The notes: generated by a model not told the origin, from the sequence alone. 64,000 nucleotides of DNA from Clostridia bacterium (GCA_017478185.1 JAFVEA010000001.1:19090-83089), one strand, 5' to 3'; positions 27,261-39,074 are shown, counted from the first letter of the stretch. Numbers and translations are program-made.

Positions 27261-28380
27261 TGTTCTAACTTTGTTTCCAGATTCTTTTAAGCCAATGACA
27301 GAAAGCATTGTTGGCAGAGCAACAAAAAAAAATATTCTTGACCTAAAAATCACAAACATAAGAGATTTTTCAAAAGATAAACACCATAAGTGTGATGACA
27401 CACCGTATGGAGGGGGAGAGGGTATGGTTTTAACCCCCCAACCGCTTTTTGATAGCATAAAAAGTGTGAAAAAAAACAACTCTTATATCATCTATCTAAG
27501 CCCAAAGGGCAGAATGCTCACGCAAAAAGTTGTGGAAGAGCTTTCAAAGAAAAACCATTTGGTTTTGATTTGTGGGCATTATGAAGGCATAGACCAAAGA
27601 GTTATTGATGAGTTTGTTGATGATGAAATAAGCATCGGTGATTATGTGTTAACTGGTGGAGAGCTTCCGGCAATGGTTTTGATAGACAGCGTTTCAAGAC
27701 TTTTGGATGGAGTTTTGGGTAATAGCAATTCATACAAAAACGAAAGTTTTTCTAATGATGTGCTTGAATGCCCTTATTACACAAAGCCAAGCGAATATGA
27801 AGGCTTAAAAGTTCCTGAAGTTCTTTTAAATGGAAATCATAAAGAAATTGAACTTTGGAAGCAAAAAGAGGCAATAAAACTCACAAAACAAAGAAGACCA
27901 GAACTAATAACAAACAAGATTATATACAAAGAACTTGATAAAACATATTCACAAGAAATTGCCAAACTAACAAATGAAACAATTATGGAATGTGAAAAAA
28001 GTTTTTATGAAAATGATAAAGCACTCAAACACTTTGTGAAAGGTGATAACACAAAATTTGTTGAAAATAGTTTTGATAAAGCAAAGTTCTTTGGGGCTAT
28101 ATTTAATGATAAACTTGTTGGATTTATTAGAATAAGTTTAGAAAAACAAAGGATACAAGCTTTTTTTGTGGATGTTTGTTTTCAAGGTTTTAAAATTGGA
28201 ACAAAGCTTTTTGAAATGGCTAAAGAATGTTTTCAAAAACATAATATAAATGAGATAGAAGCTAAATCATCATTATTTGCTATAAAAATCTATGAAAAAT
28301 TAGGTTTTAAAGTGGTTGGTGAGATTGAAGAAACAGATTTTGGAATGAAATATCAAACAATGAAATATGAAATAAAATAA
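27250..28380 (+). CDS. trmD: tRNA (guanine37-N1)-methyltransferase TrmD fused to a C-terminal GNAT-like acetyltransferase domain
   Basis: The TrmD core runs through ..LLNGNHKEIELWKQKEAIKLTKQRRPELI (about residue 231). It is followed by about 145 aa with a GNAT-like motif A (FFVDVCFQGFKIGTKLFEMA) and a beta-strand pattern (..IYEKLGFKVVGE..). GTG start. Confidence 0.85.
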   Translation: MKIDVLTLFPDSFKPMTESIVGRATKKNILDLKITNIRDFSKDKHHKCDDTPYGGGEGMVLTPQPLFDSIKSVKKNNSYIIYLSPKGRMLTQKVVEELSKKNHLVLICGHYEGIDQRVIDEFVDDEISIGDYVLTGGELPAMVLIDSVSRLLDGVLGNSNSYKNESFSNDVLECPYYTKPSEYEGLKVPEVLLNGNHKEIELWKQKEAIKLTKQRRPELITNKIIYKELDKTYSQEIAKLTNETIMECEKSFYENDKALKHFVKGDNTKFVENSFDKAKFFGAIFNDKLVGFIRISLEKQRIQAFFVDVCFQGFKIGTKLFEMAKECFQKHNINEIEAKSSLFAIKIYEKLGFKVVGEIEETDFGMKYQTMKYEIK

Positions 28381-28394
28381 AAGGAGAAAAAACA

Positions 28395-29252
28395 ATGCTA
28401 ATACAATGGTTTCCGGGGCATATGACAAAGGCAATTCGAAATATGCAAGAAGACATAAAAGTTGTTGATTTGGTTATATATGTTTTAGATGCAAGAGCGC
28501 CTTATTCTTGTGTTAATCCAGAGTTTGCAAAACTGATAGGAAATAAGCCAATTATTTATGTTTTAAACAAAAGCGATTTGGCAGACCAAAACCAGAACAA
28601 AATTTGGCAACAATATTTCACAACAAAAAACAGCTCTTGCGTTATGTTAAATTCAACTCAAACAAATTCTTCAAAACTGTTGATTTCAAAAATAGAAGCA
28701 ATGCTGAAAGCCAAAAAAGAAAAATATGACAAAAAAGGCGTTGTTATGATAAACAGGGCAATGGTTTTGGGCGTTCCAAACAGCGGAAAAAGCACATTAA
28801 TCAACAATTTTTGTGGAAAATATAAAGCCATAACTGGCGATAAACCAGGGGTCACAAAAGGAAAGCAATGGGTTCGAATTGGTGGTGTTTTTGAACTTTT
28901 AGATACCCCGGGAACCTTGTGGCCATCTTTTGAAAATCAAGAAATTGCCAAAAATTTAGCATATATTGGAAGCATAAAAGAAGAGGTTTTAAATATTTCT
29001 GATTTATCGCTTGATTTTATAGAAAAATTAAGAAATTTATATCCAAATTTGCTTGCTAAAAGATATAACATAACTTTGGATGGCGAACCAGTTGAGATTT
29101 TGCAAAAGATATGTGAAAGCCGAAAGTTTTTGCTTCGTGGAGGTGATGTTGACTGGGATAGAGGCAGTCACACACTTTTTGATGATTTCAGAAAAGGTAG
29201 AATGGGGCAAATAACGTTAGACAGATTAAGTGATTATAAAATTAAGGATTAA
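28395..29252 (+). CDS. rbgA: Ribosome biogenesis GTPase A (YlqF/RbgA)
   Basis: IQWFPGHMTKA N-terminus and circularly permuted GTPase motifs (NKSDL .. GVPNSGKST .. DTPG). Confidence 0.92.
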   Translation: MLIQWFPGHMTKAIRNMQEDIKVVDLVIYVLDARAPYSCVNPEFAKLIGNKPIIYVLNKSDLADQNQNKIWQQYFTTKNSSCVMLNSTQTNSSKLLISKIEAMLKAKKEKYDKKGVVMINRAMVLGVPNSGKSTLINNFCGKYKAITGDKPGVTKGKQWVRIGGVFELLDTPGTLWPSFENQEIAKNLAYIGSIKEEVLNISDLSLDFIEKLRNLYPNLLAKRYNITLDGEPVEILQKICESRKFLLRGGDVDWDRGSHTLFDDFRKGRMGQITLDRLSDYKIKD

Positions 29253-29255
29253 ATT

Positions 29256-29855
29256 ATGTTTGATTATGAAAATAAATATAAAAATTTAGGCTATAATTTT
29301 ATTGCAGGAATGGATGAGGCGGGCAGAGGCCCTCTTGCTGGCCCAGTTGCTTGCGCTGCTGTTATTATGCCATTAGATGATATAATAGAAGGCGTTAATG
29401 ACAGCAAGAAGTTAACAGAGAAAAAAAGAGAAGGGCTTTTTGATAAAATCATAGAAAAAGCAATAGCTTTTAAGGTGGTTTTTGTTGATGAAAAAACTAT
29501 TGATGAAATAAACATCTTAGAGGCAACCAAAAAGGGTATGGAAGAGTGCATAAAAGGGCTTTTTGTTAAGCCAGACTTTGTTTTGGTTGATGCGGTTCGC
29601 GGGCTTAAAATTGATGTTCCAAATTTGCCAATAATTCATGGCGATGCGCTATCATATAACATTGCTTGCGCCTCAATTTTGGCAAAAGTTTCAAGAGATA
29701 GGTTAATGGTGGAGCTAGACAAAGACTATCCAGAATATAACTTTAAAAAACATAAGGGCTATGGAACAAAAGAACACATAGAAAATTTGAAAAAGTTTGG
29801 GAAATGCCCAATTCATAGAAACACTTTTATAAAACATTTTGTGGAGATAAAATGA
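29256..29855 (+). CDS. rnhB: Ribonuclease HII
   Basis: GMDEAGRGPLAGPV catalytic motif and DSKKL. Confidence 0.93.
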   Translation: MFDYENKYKNLGYNFIAGMDEAGRGPLAGPVACAAVIMPLDDIIEGVNDSKKLTEKKREGLFDKIIEKAIAFKVVFVDEKTIDEINILEATKKGMEECIKGLFVKPDFVLVDAVRGLKIDVPNLPIIHGDALSYNIACASILAKVSRDRLMVELDKDYPEYNFKKHKGYGTKEHIENLKKFGKCPIHRNTFIKHFVEIK

Positions 29856-30196
29856 ACACCAAACAAATTGGAGATTTTGGAGAAAAACAAGCCACCAAAT
29901 ATTTAAAGAAAAATGGTTATAAAATTATAGAAAAAAACTATAAAAACAAAATAGGCGAAATAGACATAATAGCCCAAGAAAAGAAAACAAAAACACTATG
30001 TTTTGTTGAGGTTAAAGCAAAATCTAGTGATTTTTTTGGGCTTCCTAGAGAAATGGTTGATGACAGAAAGATTTTTAAAATTGAACAAGTTGCAACAGCC
30101 TATTTAATGGAAAAGCACATTTTGGATGTGGATTTTAGATTTGATGTGATAGAAATTTTGGGTGGCAATTTAACACACATAAAAAGAGCTTGGTAA
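29852..30196 (+). CDS. YraN family endonuclease (UPF0102)
   Basis: GE..A..YL...GY.I...N......GEIDIIA...K.L.FVEVK pattern. Confidence 0.85.
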   Translation: MNTKQIGDFGEKQATKYLKKNGYKIIEKNYKNKIGEIDIIAQEKKTKTLCFVEVKAKSSDFFGLPREMVDDRKIFKIEQVATAYLMEKHILDVDFRFDVIEILGGNLTHIKRAW

Positions 30197-30222
30197 ATTT
30201 TTAAAAATATTCATAAAAAACC

Positions 30223-30251
30223 CTTGCGTTACTTAAAAAATTATGTTATAA
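30223..30251 (+). promoter_or_regulatory. Sigma-A promoter preceding a ~170-nt rplS leader
   Basis: TTGCGT(30223-30228)-17 bp-TATAAT(30246-30251). Confidence 0.6.
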
Positions 30252-30426
30252 TCTTGCTATGACTCGGGTGGTCCTCTGTTATTGCAAGCATAATACTTTG
30301 AAATATAAAGTTAAAGGTTTGGCAATCTCATTCAATCATTTTTGAATGTGCAAGGAAAAGCAAAAAAATAATTTTCACATCAACAAGAACACTTGGACAA
30401 AAATCTTTATGGAGGTATATAGTCAA

Positions 30427-30768
30427 ATGAACATGATTTCAACATTAGAGAAAGAAGGCTTAAAAGAGCAAAGTGCTGACTTCAACATCGGTGACACAGT
30501 TAAAGTGTTTGTTAAAGTTGTTGAAGGTGACAAAGAGCGTTTGCAGGCTTATGAAGGCGTTGTTATCGCAAGAAAGAATGGAAGCATCAGAGAAACTTTC
30601 ACTGTTAGAAGAATCAGTTTTGGTGTTGGTGTTGAAAGAACATTTCCAGTTCACTCACCAAGAATTGATCATGTGGAAGTTGTTAGAAAAGGTAAAGTTC
30701 GCCGTGCAAAGCTTTATTATTTAAGAGAACTTTCAGGAAAGAAAGCTAAGATTAAAAAAGCAATATAG
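30427..30768 (+). CDS. rplS: 50S ribosomal protein L19
   Basis: ..[60 protein letters not shown].. Start MNMIS follows GGAGG. Confidence 0.95.
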   Translation: MNMISTLEKEGLKEQSADFNIGDTVKVFVKVVEGDKERLQAYEGVVIARKNGSIRETFTVRRISFGVGVERTFPVHSPRIDHVEVVRKGKVRRAKLYYLRELSGKKAKIKKAI

Positions 30769-30781
30769 CCTTAAAACATAT

Positions 30782-30807
30782 AAAAGACCAATTATGGTCT
30801 TTTTTTG
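30782..30807 (+). terminator. Rho-independent terminator of rplS
   Basis: AAAGACCA-ATTA-TGGTCTTT stem followed by a T-run. Confidence 0.8.
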
Positions 30808-30835
30808 TTTTATATGACATAAAAATTTTTGCTTT

Positions 30836-30945
30836 TGTCTAAGATTGGAAGCCAAAAACCAATGTTTTTGTCTAAGTTGGAAGCCAAAAACCAATGTTTT
30901 TGTCTAAGATTGGAAGCCAAAAACCAATGTTTTTGTCTAAGATTG
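30836..30945 (+). repeat. Tandem direct repeat of 33 bp, 3.4 copies
   Basis: TGTCTAAGATTGGAAGCCAAAAACCAATGTTTT lies at 30836-30868 and at 30901-30933. The copy at 30869-30900 has one deleted base. A partial copy lies at 30934-30945. Each unit contains the TTGG-AAG-CCAA palindrome. Confidence 0.95.
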
Positions 30946-31034
30946 TCGAAACGGAAAAAGTTATAAAAATTTATTTAACAAACAAAAAAATTTATATTAT
31001 ATTTAGTTTATATCAAAAATAGGAGAGCTAAAAA

Positions 31035-31430
31035 ATGGAACTAAAAGAATATGCAAAAAGAGCGAAAGAAAGATTAACAAATGGATATTGGGATAAAGTT
31101 AGAGAAGAAAAAATTGAATATCTTGAAAAATATTATCACAAAGGTGACAACATAAATCAGTTTAATTATATGTTTCAAAAGAAGATTGAAGATGAGGTGT
31201 ATAGTGAGCAAAAAAGCAAGAATGAAGATAAGCTCTACAAAAAAGTTGTAAAGCTTTTGTCTGAAAATGAGTTTGTGTTAAATCCAATTATGCAGTTAAT
31301 TGACCACGATGAATATGACAAACTTTCAGATGAAGCAAAGAAAAATTATATTTATGCTTTAACAGATAGATATAACGAACTTAAAGAAAAATATGAAAAA
31401 GAACAAAAAACAAAAGAAATGTTTAATTAA
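31035..31430 (+). CDS. Hypothetical protein (131 aa, K/E-rich)
   Basis: ORF with an AGGAGAG SD upstream of pcrA. I recognise no family. Confidence 0.5.
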   Translation: MELKEYAKRAKERLTNGYWDKVREEKIEYLEKYYHKGDNINQFNYMFQKKIEDEVYSEQKSKNEDKLYKKVVKLLSENEFVLNPIMQLIDHDEYDKLSDEAKKNYIYALTDRYNELKEKYEKEQKTKEMFN

Positions 31431-31503
31431 ATAAAACCAATAACAGTTGCCAAAATTCACTTTTTTTGATAAAATAAAACATAACTTAGTGAGGTGTTTG
31501 AAA

Positions 31504-33663
31504 GTGAATTTTATTGATGACTTAAACGAAGAACAAAAAAAGCCCGTTCAAGACACTGAAGGGGCTTTATTGGTAACAGCTGGTGCGGGGAGTGGAAAAA
31601 CAAGGCTTCTTACATATAGAATAGCATATCTTGTTCAAGAAAAACAAGTTTCACCTCACAACATTTTGGCAATAACATTCACAAACAAAGCGGCAAATGA
31701 AATGAAAGAACGAGTTGAAAAAATGCTTGGTGATTCTGACTATATGTGGATTTCAACCTTTCATTCACTATGCGTTAAGATTTTAAGAAGAGATATAGAT
31801 AAGCTTGGCTACACCAAGTCTTTTAGCATTTATGCTGATGAAGAGAAAAACAAGATTTTAAAAGATATATTTAAAGAGCTAGATGTTGATGAAGAGGTTG
31901 ACAAGAAGAAGATTAAATCACGCATAGCAAGGGCAAAAAACAACAACTTAAGCCCAGAAGAGTATGAGTCTGAAGTTTTGGGCGACCTTTTAGAAGATAA
32001 AATAAATTTAGCTTATGAAATGTATGAAGAAAAGTTAAAAAAGTCTAATGCGTTAGATTTTGATGATTTGCTCATAAAAGCTTTTTTGCTTTTAAAAAGC
32101 TATCCAGAAGTTTTAGAATATTATCAAAATATATTTAAATATATTCACATTGATGAATTTCAAGACACAAACAAAGTTCAATATGAAATTGTTAAAATGC
32201 TTGCGGGGAAATATAAAAACATTTTGGTTGTTGGTGATGAAGATCAATGCATATATGGCTGGCGAGGAGCAAACATAGATAACATTAGAGATTTTCAACA
32301 AGATTTTAAGCCAGTTAAGATTTATAAACTAGAGCAAAATTATCGCTCCACAAAAAATATAATAAACACAGCAAACAATGTTATTAAAAACAACTTGTCA
32401 AGGATTGATAAAAAGTTGTGGACGCAAAATGAAACTGGAGAAGAAATTTCTTATCAAAGTTTTGGAACCGACAAAGAAGAGGCAAATTTTGTTGTTAAAA
32501 CAATTTCAAAGCTTATAAGAGAAGATGGCTATTCAAAAGGTGACATCGCAATTTTGATGAGGCTTAATGCACTATCTCGAGATTTTGAAGATGGTTTAAC
32601 AAATGCTGGAATATCTTATAAGGTTTTGGGTGGATTTAAGTTTTATGAGCGAAGCGAAATAAAAAACATTGTGGCTTATTTAAGAATAATTATGAACCCA
32701 TATGATGAAGAAAGCCTTTTAAGAATCATAAATTTCCCAAAACGAAACATTGGTGATATGGCAATAAAAAAATTAAGAGAAGTTGCCCCCAACTCCAATC
32801 TTTTGGATGTTATTTTAAACATAACAGATTATCCACTAACAGCCGGAACTATAAACAAATTTTTGCCGTTTAAAGCGTTATATGAAAGATTAAAAGAAAA
32901 ATCAGATATGAAAGTTTTTGATTTTGTTAAATATTTGATTGAAGAAACAAACATAAAATCAGCTTACAATCAGTTTGATGAACAAGATTATGACAAACTG
33001 TTAAACATCGACCAGTTTGTGGATGCGGTTAAAGAATATCAAAAGCTAAATGAAAATGCCAACCTTGATGAATATTTGCAGTCTGTTATGCTTTTAACTG
33101 ACTTAGATAGCATAAACTTAGATGATAATTCTGTTTTGGTTAGCACCATTCACGCGGTTAAAGGCCTAGAGTTTAAAATAGTTTTTATTATTGGGCTTGA
33201 AGAGGGAATTTTTCCAATAATTAGGATGGGAAAAGAATCAAACACAGAAGAAGAGCGAAGACTTATGTATGTGGGAGTGACAAGAGCAAAAGAAAAACTT
33301 TTTTTGAGTAGTGTTAAGTTTAGAAACATTTGGAACAGAACACAATATCAAAAGCCAAGCAGGTTTTTAGAAGAAGCTCAATTTGAGGGCGAAAAGCAGG
33401 CTAAAACTGAAGAAACAAAAGCATATTCGGGCAATTTTAACAAATATTTTGAAAAAATGCAAAAAGATGCAATAAAAACACAAAAAACTGATTATTCACA
33501 ATACACAAAAGGGACAAAAGTTTTTCATTCAACTTTTGGTGTTGGAGAAATAACTGATGACAGTATGCTAAAAGTTAATCATTGTGTGGTTGTAACTTTT
33601 AACATTTTGGGTGCAAAAACTTTGTCACTTGAATATTCACCATTAAAAATTATGAAAAAGTAG
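31504..33663 (+). CDS. pcrA: ATP-dependent DNA helicase PcrA/UvrD
   Basis: AGAGSGKT Walker A, DEFQDTN, VGDEDQCIYGWRGA, and the VTRAKEKL motif VI region. GTG 31504 follows GAGGTG. Confidence 0.92.
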   Translation: MNFIDDLNEEQKKPVQDTEGALLVTAGAGSGKTRLLTYRIAYLVQEKQVSPHNILAITFTNKAANEMKERVEKMLGDSDYMWISTFHSLCVKILRRDIDKLGYTKSFSIYADEEKNKILKDIFKELDVDEEVDKKKIKSRIARAKNNNLSPEEYESEVLGDLLEDKINLAYEMYEEKLKKSNALDFDDLLIKAFLLLKSYPEVLEYYQNIFKYIHIDEFQDTNKVQYEIVKMLAGKYKNILVVGDEDQCIYGWRGANIDNIRDFQQDFKPVKIYKLEQNYRSTKNIINTANNVIKNNLSRIDKKLWTQNETGEEISYQSFGTDKEEANFVVKTISKLIREDGYSKGDIAILMRLNALSRDFEDGLTNAGISYKVLGGFKFYERSEIKNIVAYLRIIMNPYDEESLLRIINFPKRNIGDMAIKKLREVAPNSNLLDVILNITDYPLTAGTINKFLPFKALYERLKEKSDMKVFDFVKYLIEETNIKSAYNQFDEQDYDKLLNIDQFVDAVKEYQKLNENANLDEYLQSVMLLTDLDSINLDDNSVLVSTIHAVKGLEFKIVFIIGLEEGIFPIIRMGKESNTEEERRLMYVGVTRAKEKLFLSSVKFRNIWNRTQYQKPSRFLEEAQFEGEKQAKTEETKAYSGNFNKYFEKMQKDAIKTQKTDYSQYTKGTKVFHSTFGVGEITDDSMLKVNHCVVVTFNILGAKTLSLEYSPLKIMKK

Positions 33664-33672
33664 GTAAAATAA

Positions 33673-35634
<1,962 letters not shown>

Positions 35635-35683
35635 CACAATTTTGTTCTTGTGTTAGACTTAAATATATAAAAAGGGGGCAAAT

Positions 35684-35986
35684 ATGCCAAAAATAAGTAT
35701 AGATGAGGTAAAAAAACTAGCAAAACTTTCAAGGCTAGAATTTTCTCAAGAAGAGTTGCAAAAATTTACTTCAGATTTTGAAGGTATTTTAAATTATGTT
35801 GATTTAATCAACAAAGTTAACACTCAAAATGTTGACTTAAAAGAAAAGGCTATTGATGCTGAAGAAGATTTAAGAGCTGACATAATCACAAAAAGTTTAA
35901 GTCAGGATGAAATTATTGCAAACGCTCCTTTAAGTGAAGATGGAGCTTTTGTTGTTCCAACAACAGTTGAGGAGGGTGGACAATAA
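35684..35986 (+). CDS. gatC: Asp/Glu-tRNA amidotransferase subunit C
   Basis: ..VKKLAKLSRLEFSQEEL..F..L..IL.YV.. Confidence 0.9.
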   Translation: MPKISIDEVKKLAKLSRLEFSQEELQKFTSDFEGILNYVDLINKVNTQNVDLKEKAIDAEEDLRADIITKSLSQDEIIANAPLSEDGAFVVPTTVEEGGQ

Positions 35987-37431
35987 TGGATTATTTAAAC
36001 AAAAGTTTGTTTGAGATAAAAGAGTTATTAGAAAGTGGAAAGATTTCTAGTGTGGAATTAACAAAAATGTGTTTAGAGCAAATAAAACACACACAAAACA
36101 TAAATGCTTTGATTTCTGTTTGCGAAGATTTTGCACTTAAAACAGCCAAAAGGGTGGATGAAGACCGAAAAAACGGCAAAAAATTGGGAGCACTGGCTGG
36201 AATTCCTATTGTTATAAAAGATAACATAAACTTAAAAGGCACAAAAACAACTTGCGCAAGCAAATTCTTAGAAAATTTTGTGTCACCCTACACAGCAACT
36301 TGTGCTCAAAAACTAATTGATGCTGACGCTGTTATCATCGGAAAAGCAAATATGGACGAGTTTGCAATGGGCAGTTCAAATGAAAATTCCGCTTTTGGTG
36401 CGGCTCTTAATCCAAAAAACACGATGTGCGTTCCAGGAGGTTCTAGTGGTGGTTCAGCAGCATCAGTTTCAGCATATCAATGTTTTGGAGCTTTAGGAAC
36501 AGACACAGGTGGTTCTATTCGTGAGCCAGCATCTTTTTGTGGAGTTGTTGGGCTTAAGCCAACTTATGGCAGAGTGTCTAGATATGGAGTTGTTGCTTTT
36601 GCAAGCTCATTAGATCAGGTTGGAACATTAACTCGTTCAGTTAAAGACAGTGCAATAATGCTTGAAGTTATTTCTGGGCAAGACAAAAATGATATGACAA
36701 GTTCGGCAGAAAAAGTTCCAAACTTTTCTAACATAAAAAGTGACATCAAGGGCTTAAAAATTGGAATAGCAAAAGAATTTTTTAACGAAAATTTGAATGA
36801 AGAAGTTAAAAAAAGTTTGGATGATGCGATTTCATTTTACAAAAAAAATGGGGCAGAGCTTGTTGACATAAGCCTTCCAAGCTTAGACAAAGCACTAGCT
36901 GTTTATTACATAATTTCGTCAGCTGAAGCAGCCAGCAATTTGGCAAGATTTGATGGAGTTAGATATGGCGTTAGAGCACAAAAATTTAGTGATATAAATG
37001 ATTTGTATTTCAAATCTAGGTCACAAGGTTTTGGGGGCGAGGTTAAAAGAAGAATAATGTTAGGGAACTATGTTTTGTCTAGCGGATATTTTGATGCATT
37101 TTATAGGAAGGCAAAAAAAGCGCAAAAAGTTCTTAAACAAGAGTTTTCTGCTGCTTTTTCAAAGTGTGATGTGATTATTTCTCCAACAACAGCAAATGTT
37201 GCATTTAAAATTGGAGAAAAAAGCAGTGACCCACTTTCAATGTATTTAACAGATATCTTCACCGTTCCAATAAACATAGTTGGCGTTCCAGCGATGTCTA
37301 TTCCTTGTGGAAAAAACAAAGATGGCCTTCCAATAGGAATGCAACTTATTGCAAAACAGTGGAATGAAGAAATGCTTTTTAGGTTTGGAGAAATCTTTGA
37401 AAAAAATCACAAGGAGGCAAAAAATGTATAA
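35986..37431 (+). CDS. gatA: Asp/Glu-tRNA amidotransferase subunit A
   Basis: Amidase signature GGSSGGSAASVSA..GTDTGGSIR. Confidence 0.95.
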   Translation: MDYLNKSLFEIKELLESGKISSVELTKMCLEQIKHTQNINALISVCEDFALKTAKRVDEDRKNGKKLGALAGIPIVIKDNINLKGTKTTCASKFLENFVSPYTATCAQKLIDADAVIIGKANMDEFAMGSSNENSAFGAALNPKNTMCVPGGSSGGSAASVSAYQCFGALGTDTGGSIREPASFCGVVGLKPTYGRVSRYGVVAFASSLDQVGTLTRSVKDSAIMLEVISGQDKNDMTSSAEKVPNFSNIKSDIKGLKIGIAKEFFNENLNEEVKKSLDDAISFYKKNGAELVDISLPSLDKALAVYYIISSAEAASNLARFDGVRYGVRAQKFSDINDLYFKSRSQGFGGEVKRRIMLGNYVLSSGYFDAFYRKAKKAQKVLKQEFSAAFSKCDVIISPTTANVAFKIGEKSSDPLSMYLTDIFTVPINIVGVPAMSIPCGKNKDGLPIGMQLIAKQWNEEMLFRFGEIFEKNHKEAKNV

Positions 37432-38839
37432 AGTTGTTATTGGATTAGAAGTTCATAGTGAACTAAAAACTGAAACAAAGTGCTTTTGTTCTTGTGAAAA
37501 CAAGTTTGGAGGAGAGCCAAACACAAGATGTTGCCCTGTTTGCACGGCAATGCCGGGGGCGCTTCCTGTTTTAAACAAAAAAGCAGTTGAATACGCCATA
37601 AAAGCTGGGCTTTCTGTGGGATGCAGAATAAATGAATATTCAGTTTTTGAAAGAAAAAATTATTTCTATCCAGATTTGGCAAAAGCATATCAAATATCAC
37701 AATTAGAATATCCTTTGTGTGTTGGTGGGCATGTTGACATTGAAGTTGACGGAAAAAAGAAAACAATAAGGTTAGACAGAATTCATCTTGAAGAAGATGC
37801 AGGAAAACTTATTCATTCACCAAATGGAACAATGGTAGATTATAACCGTGCTGGAGTTCCTTTGATTGAAATTGTTTCAATGCCCGACATTGAAAGTGCC
37901 GAAGAAGCGGTTTTATACCTACAAAAACTTCGTGCAACACTACTATATTTGGGAGTGTCTGATTGCAAAATGCAAGAAGGAAGCCTAAGATGTGATGTTA
38001 ACTTATCTCTTCACAAAGAGGGAGAGCCTTTTGGAACCAGAACTGAAATGAAAAACCTAAACTCTTTTAGGGCGGTTTATAGGGCAATAAAATATGAGGC
38101 AAAAAGGCAAGAAGAAGAACTTGAGGCTGGCAGAGAGATTGTTCAAGAAACAAGAAGATGGGATGACAATGCTGGAAAAAGTTATTCAATGCGATCAAAA
38201 GAAGATGCTCAGGATTATAGATATTTTCCAGACCCTGATATTGTTCCAATAATTGTAAGAAAGGATTATATTGAAAAAATCCAAAAAGATTTACCAAAAC
38301 TTGCTTATCAAAGAGCAGAAGAATATGTTAAAAACCTGGGGTTAACAGAGCAAGATGCACTTCTTTTAACAAATGAAAAATATGTTTCAGATTATTTTGA
38401 CCAAGTTATAAAAGAATTTAATGAGCCAAAATTTGTTTGCAACTGGATTTTGGGAGAGGTGTTTAAAAAATTAAACACACTAGACAATGAGGAGATAGAA
38501 ATACTTATATCTCCAAAAAATATGGCAAAACTTTTAAAGCTTTATCACGCACAAACAATAGGTCAAAATGTTGCCAGAAAGCTTTTGGATGAGCTTTGGG
38601 GAACAGATGATGACCCAGAAATTATTGTAAAAGAAAAGGGCTTAGCTCAAAACAACGACGCAAAGGGCTTAGAAGAAATAATTAAAAATATTATGCAAAA
38701 TAATCAAAAAGCAGTTGAAGAGCTAAAAAATGGAAATCAAAAAACTATGGCATTTTTTGTTGGGCAAGCAATGAAGGCAACAAGCGGAAAGGCAAATCCA
38801 AAGCTTGTTAATGAAATTGTTCAAAAACTCATAAAATAA
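37424..38839 (+). CDS. gatB: Asp/Glu-tRNA amidotransferase subunit B
   Basis: MYKVVIGLEVHSELKTETKCFC.. ATG 37424 follows AAGGAGG and overlaps the end of gatA by 8 nt. Confidence 0.95.
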   Translation: MYKVVIGLEVHSELKTETKCFCSCENKFGGEPNTRCCPVCTAMPGALPVLNKKAVEYAIKAGLSVGCRINEYSVFERKNYFYPDLAKAYQISQLEYPLCVGGHVDIEVDGKKKTIRLDRIHLEEDAGKLIHSPNGTMVDYNRAGVPLIEIVSMPDIESAEEAVLYLQKLRATLLYLGVSDCKMQEGSLRCDVNLSLHKEGEPFGTRTEMKNLNSFRAVYRAIKYEAKRQEEELEAGREIVQETRRWDDNAGKSYSMRSKEDAQDYRYFPDPDIVPIIVRKDYIEKIQKDLPKLAYQRAEEYVKNLGLTEQDALLLTNEKYVSDYFDQVIKEFNEPKFVCNWILGEVFKKLNTLDNEEIEILISPKNMAKLLKLYHAQTIGQNVARKLLDELWGTDDDPEIIVKEKGLAQNNDAKGLEEIIKNIMQNNQKAVEELKNGNQKTMAFFVGQAMKATSGKANPKLVNEIVQKLIK

Positions 38840-38852
38840 GGGAGAAATATAT

Positions 38853-39068
38853 ATGGAAAAAGAATATGTTATGATGGAACCACCAATTGATGATTTGGTA
38901 AAAAAATGTAATGGTAGTAAATATTTGTTAACCTGTTTGGTTTCAAAAAGAGCAAAAGAACTTGCTAATGCTTATTTTGCGGGTGAACCACAAGAAAAAG
39001 ACCCAAAAGTTATTGCTATTGCAGCACAAGAAATAATGGATGGGAAAATAATACCAGGAAGTTATTAG
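38853..39068 (+). CDS. rpoZ: DNA-directed RNA polymerase subunit omega
   Basis: PPIDDLVKKCNGSKYLLTCLVSKRAKEL matches the omega core pattern. Confidence 0.8.
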   Translation: MEKEYVMMEPPIDDLVKKCNGSKYLLTCLVSKRAKELANAYFAGEPQEKDPKVIAIAAQEIMDGKIIPGSY

Positions 39069-39074
39069 TTTTTT

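Noticed and set aside
30836-30945. Possible CRISPR array
   Set aside because: The 33-bp units are contiguous with no spacers, no cas genes are in the window, and there is no leader. This is a simple tandem repeat.
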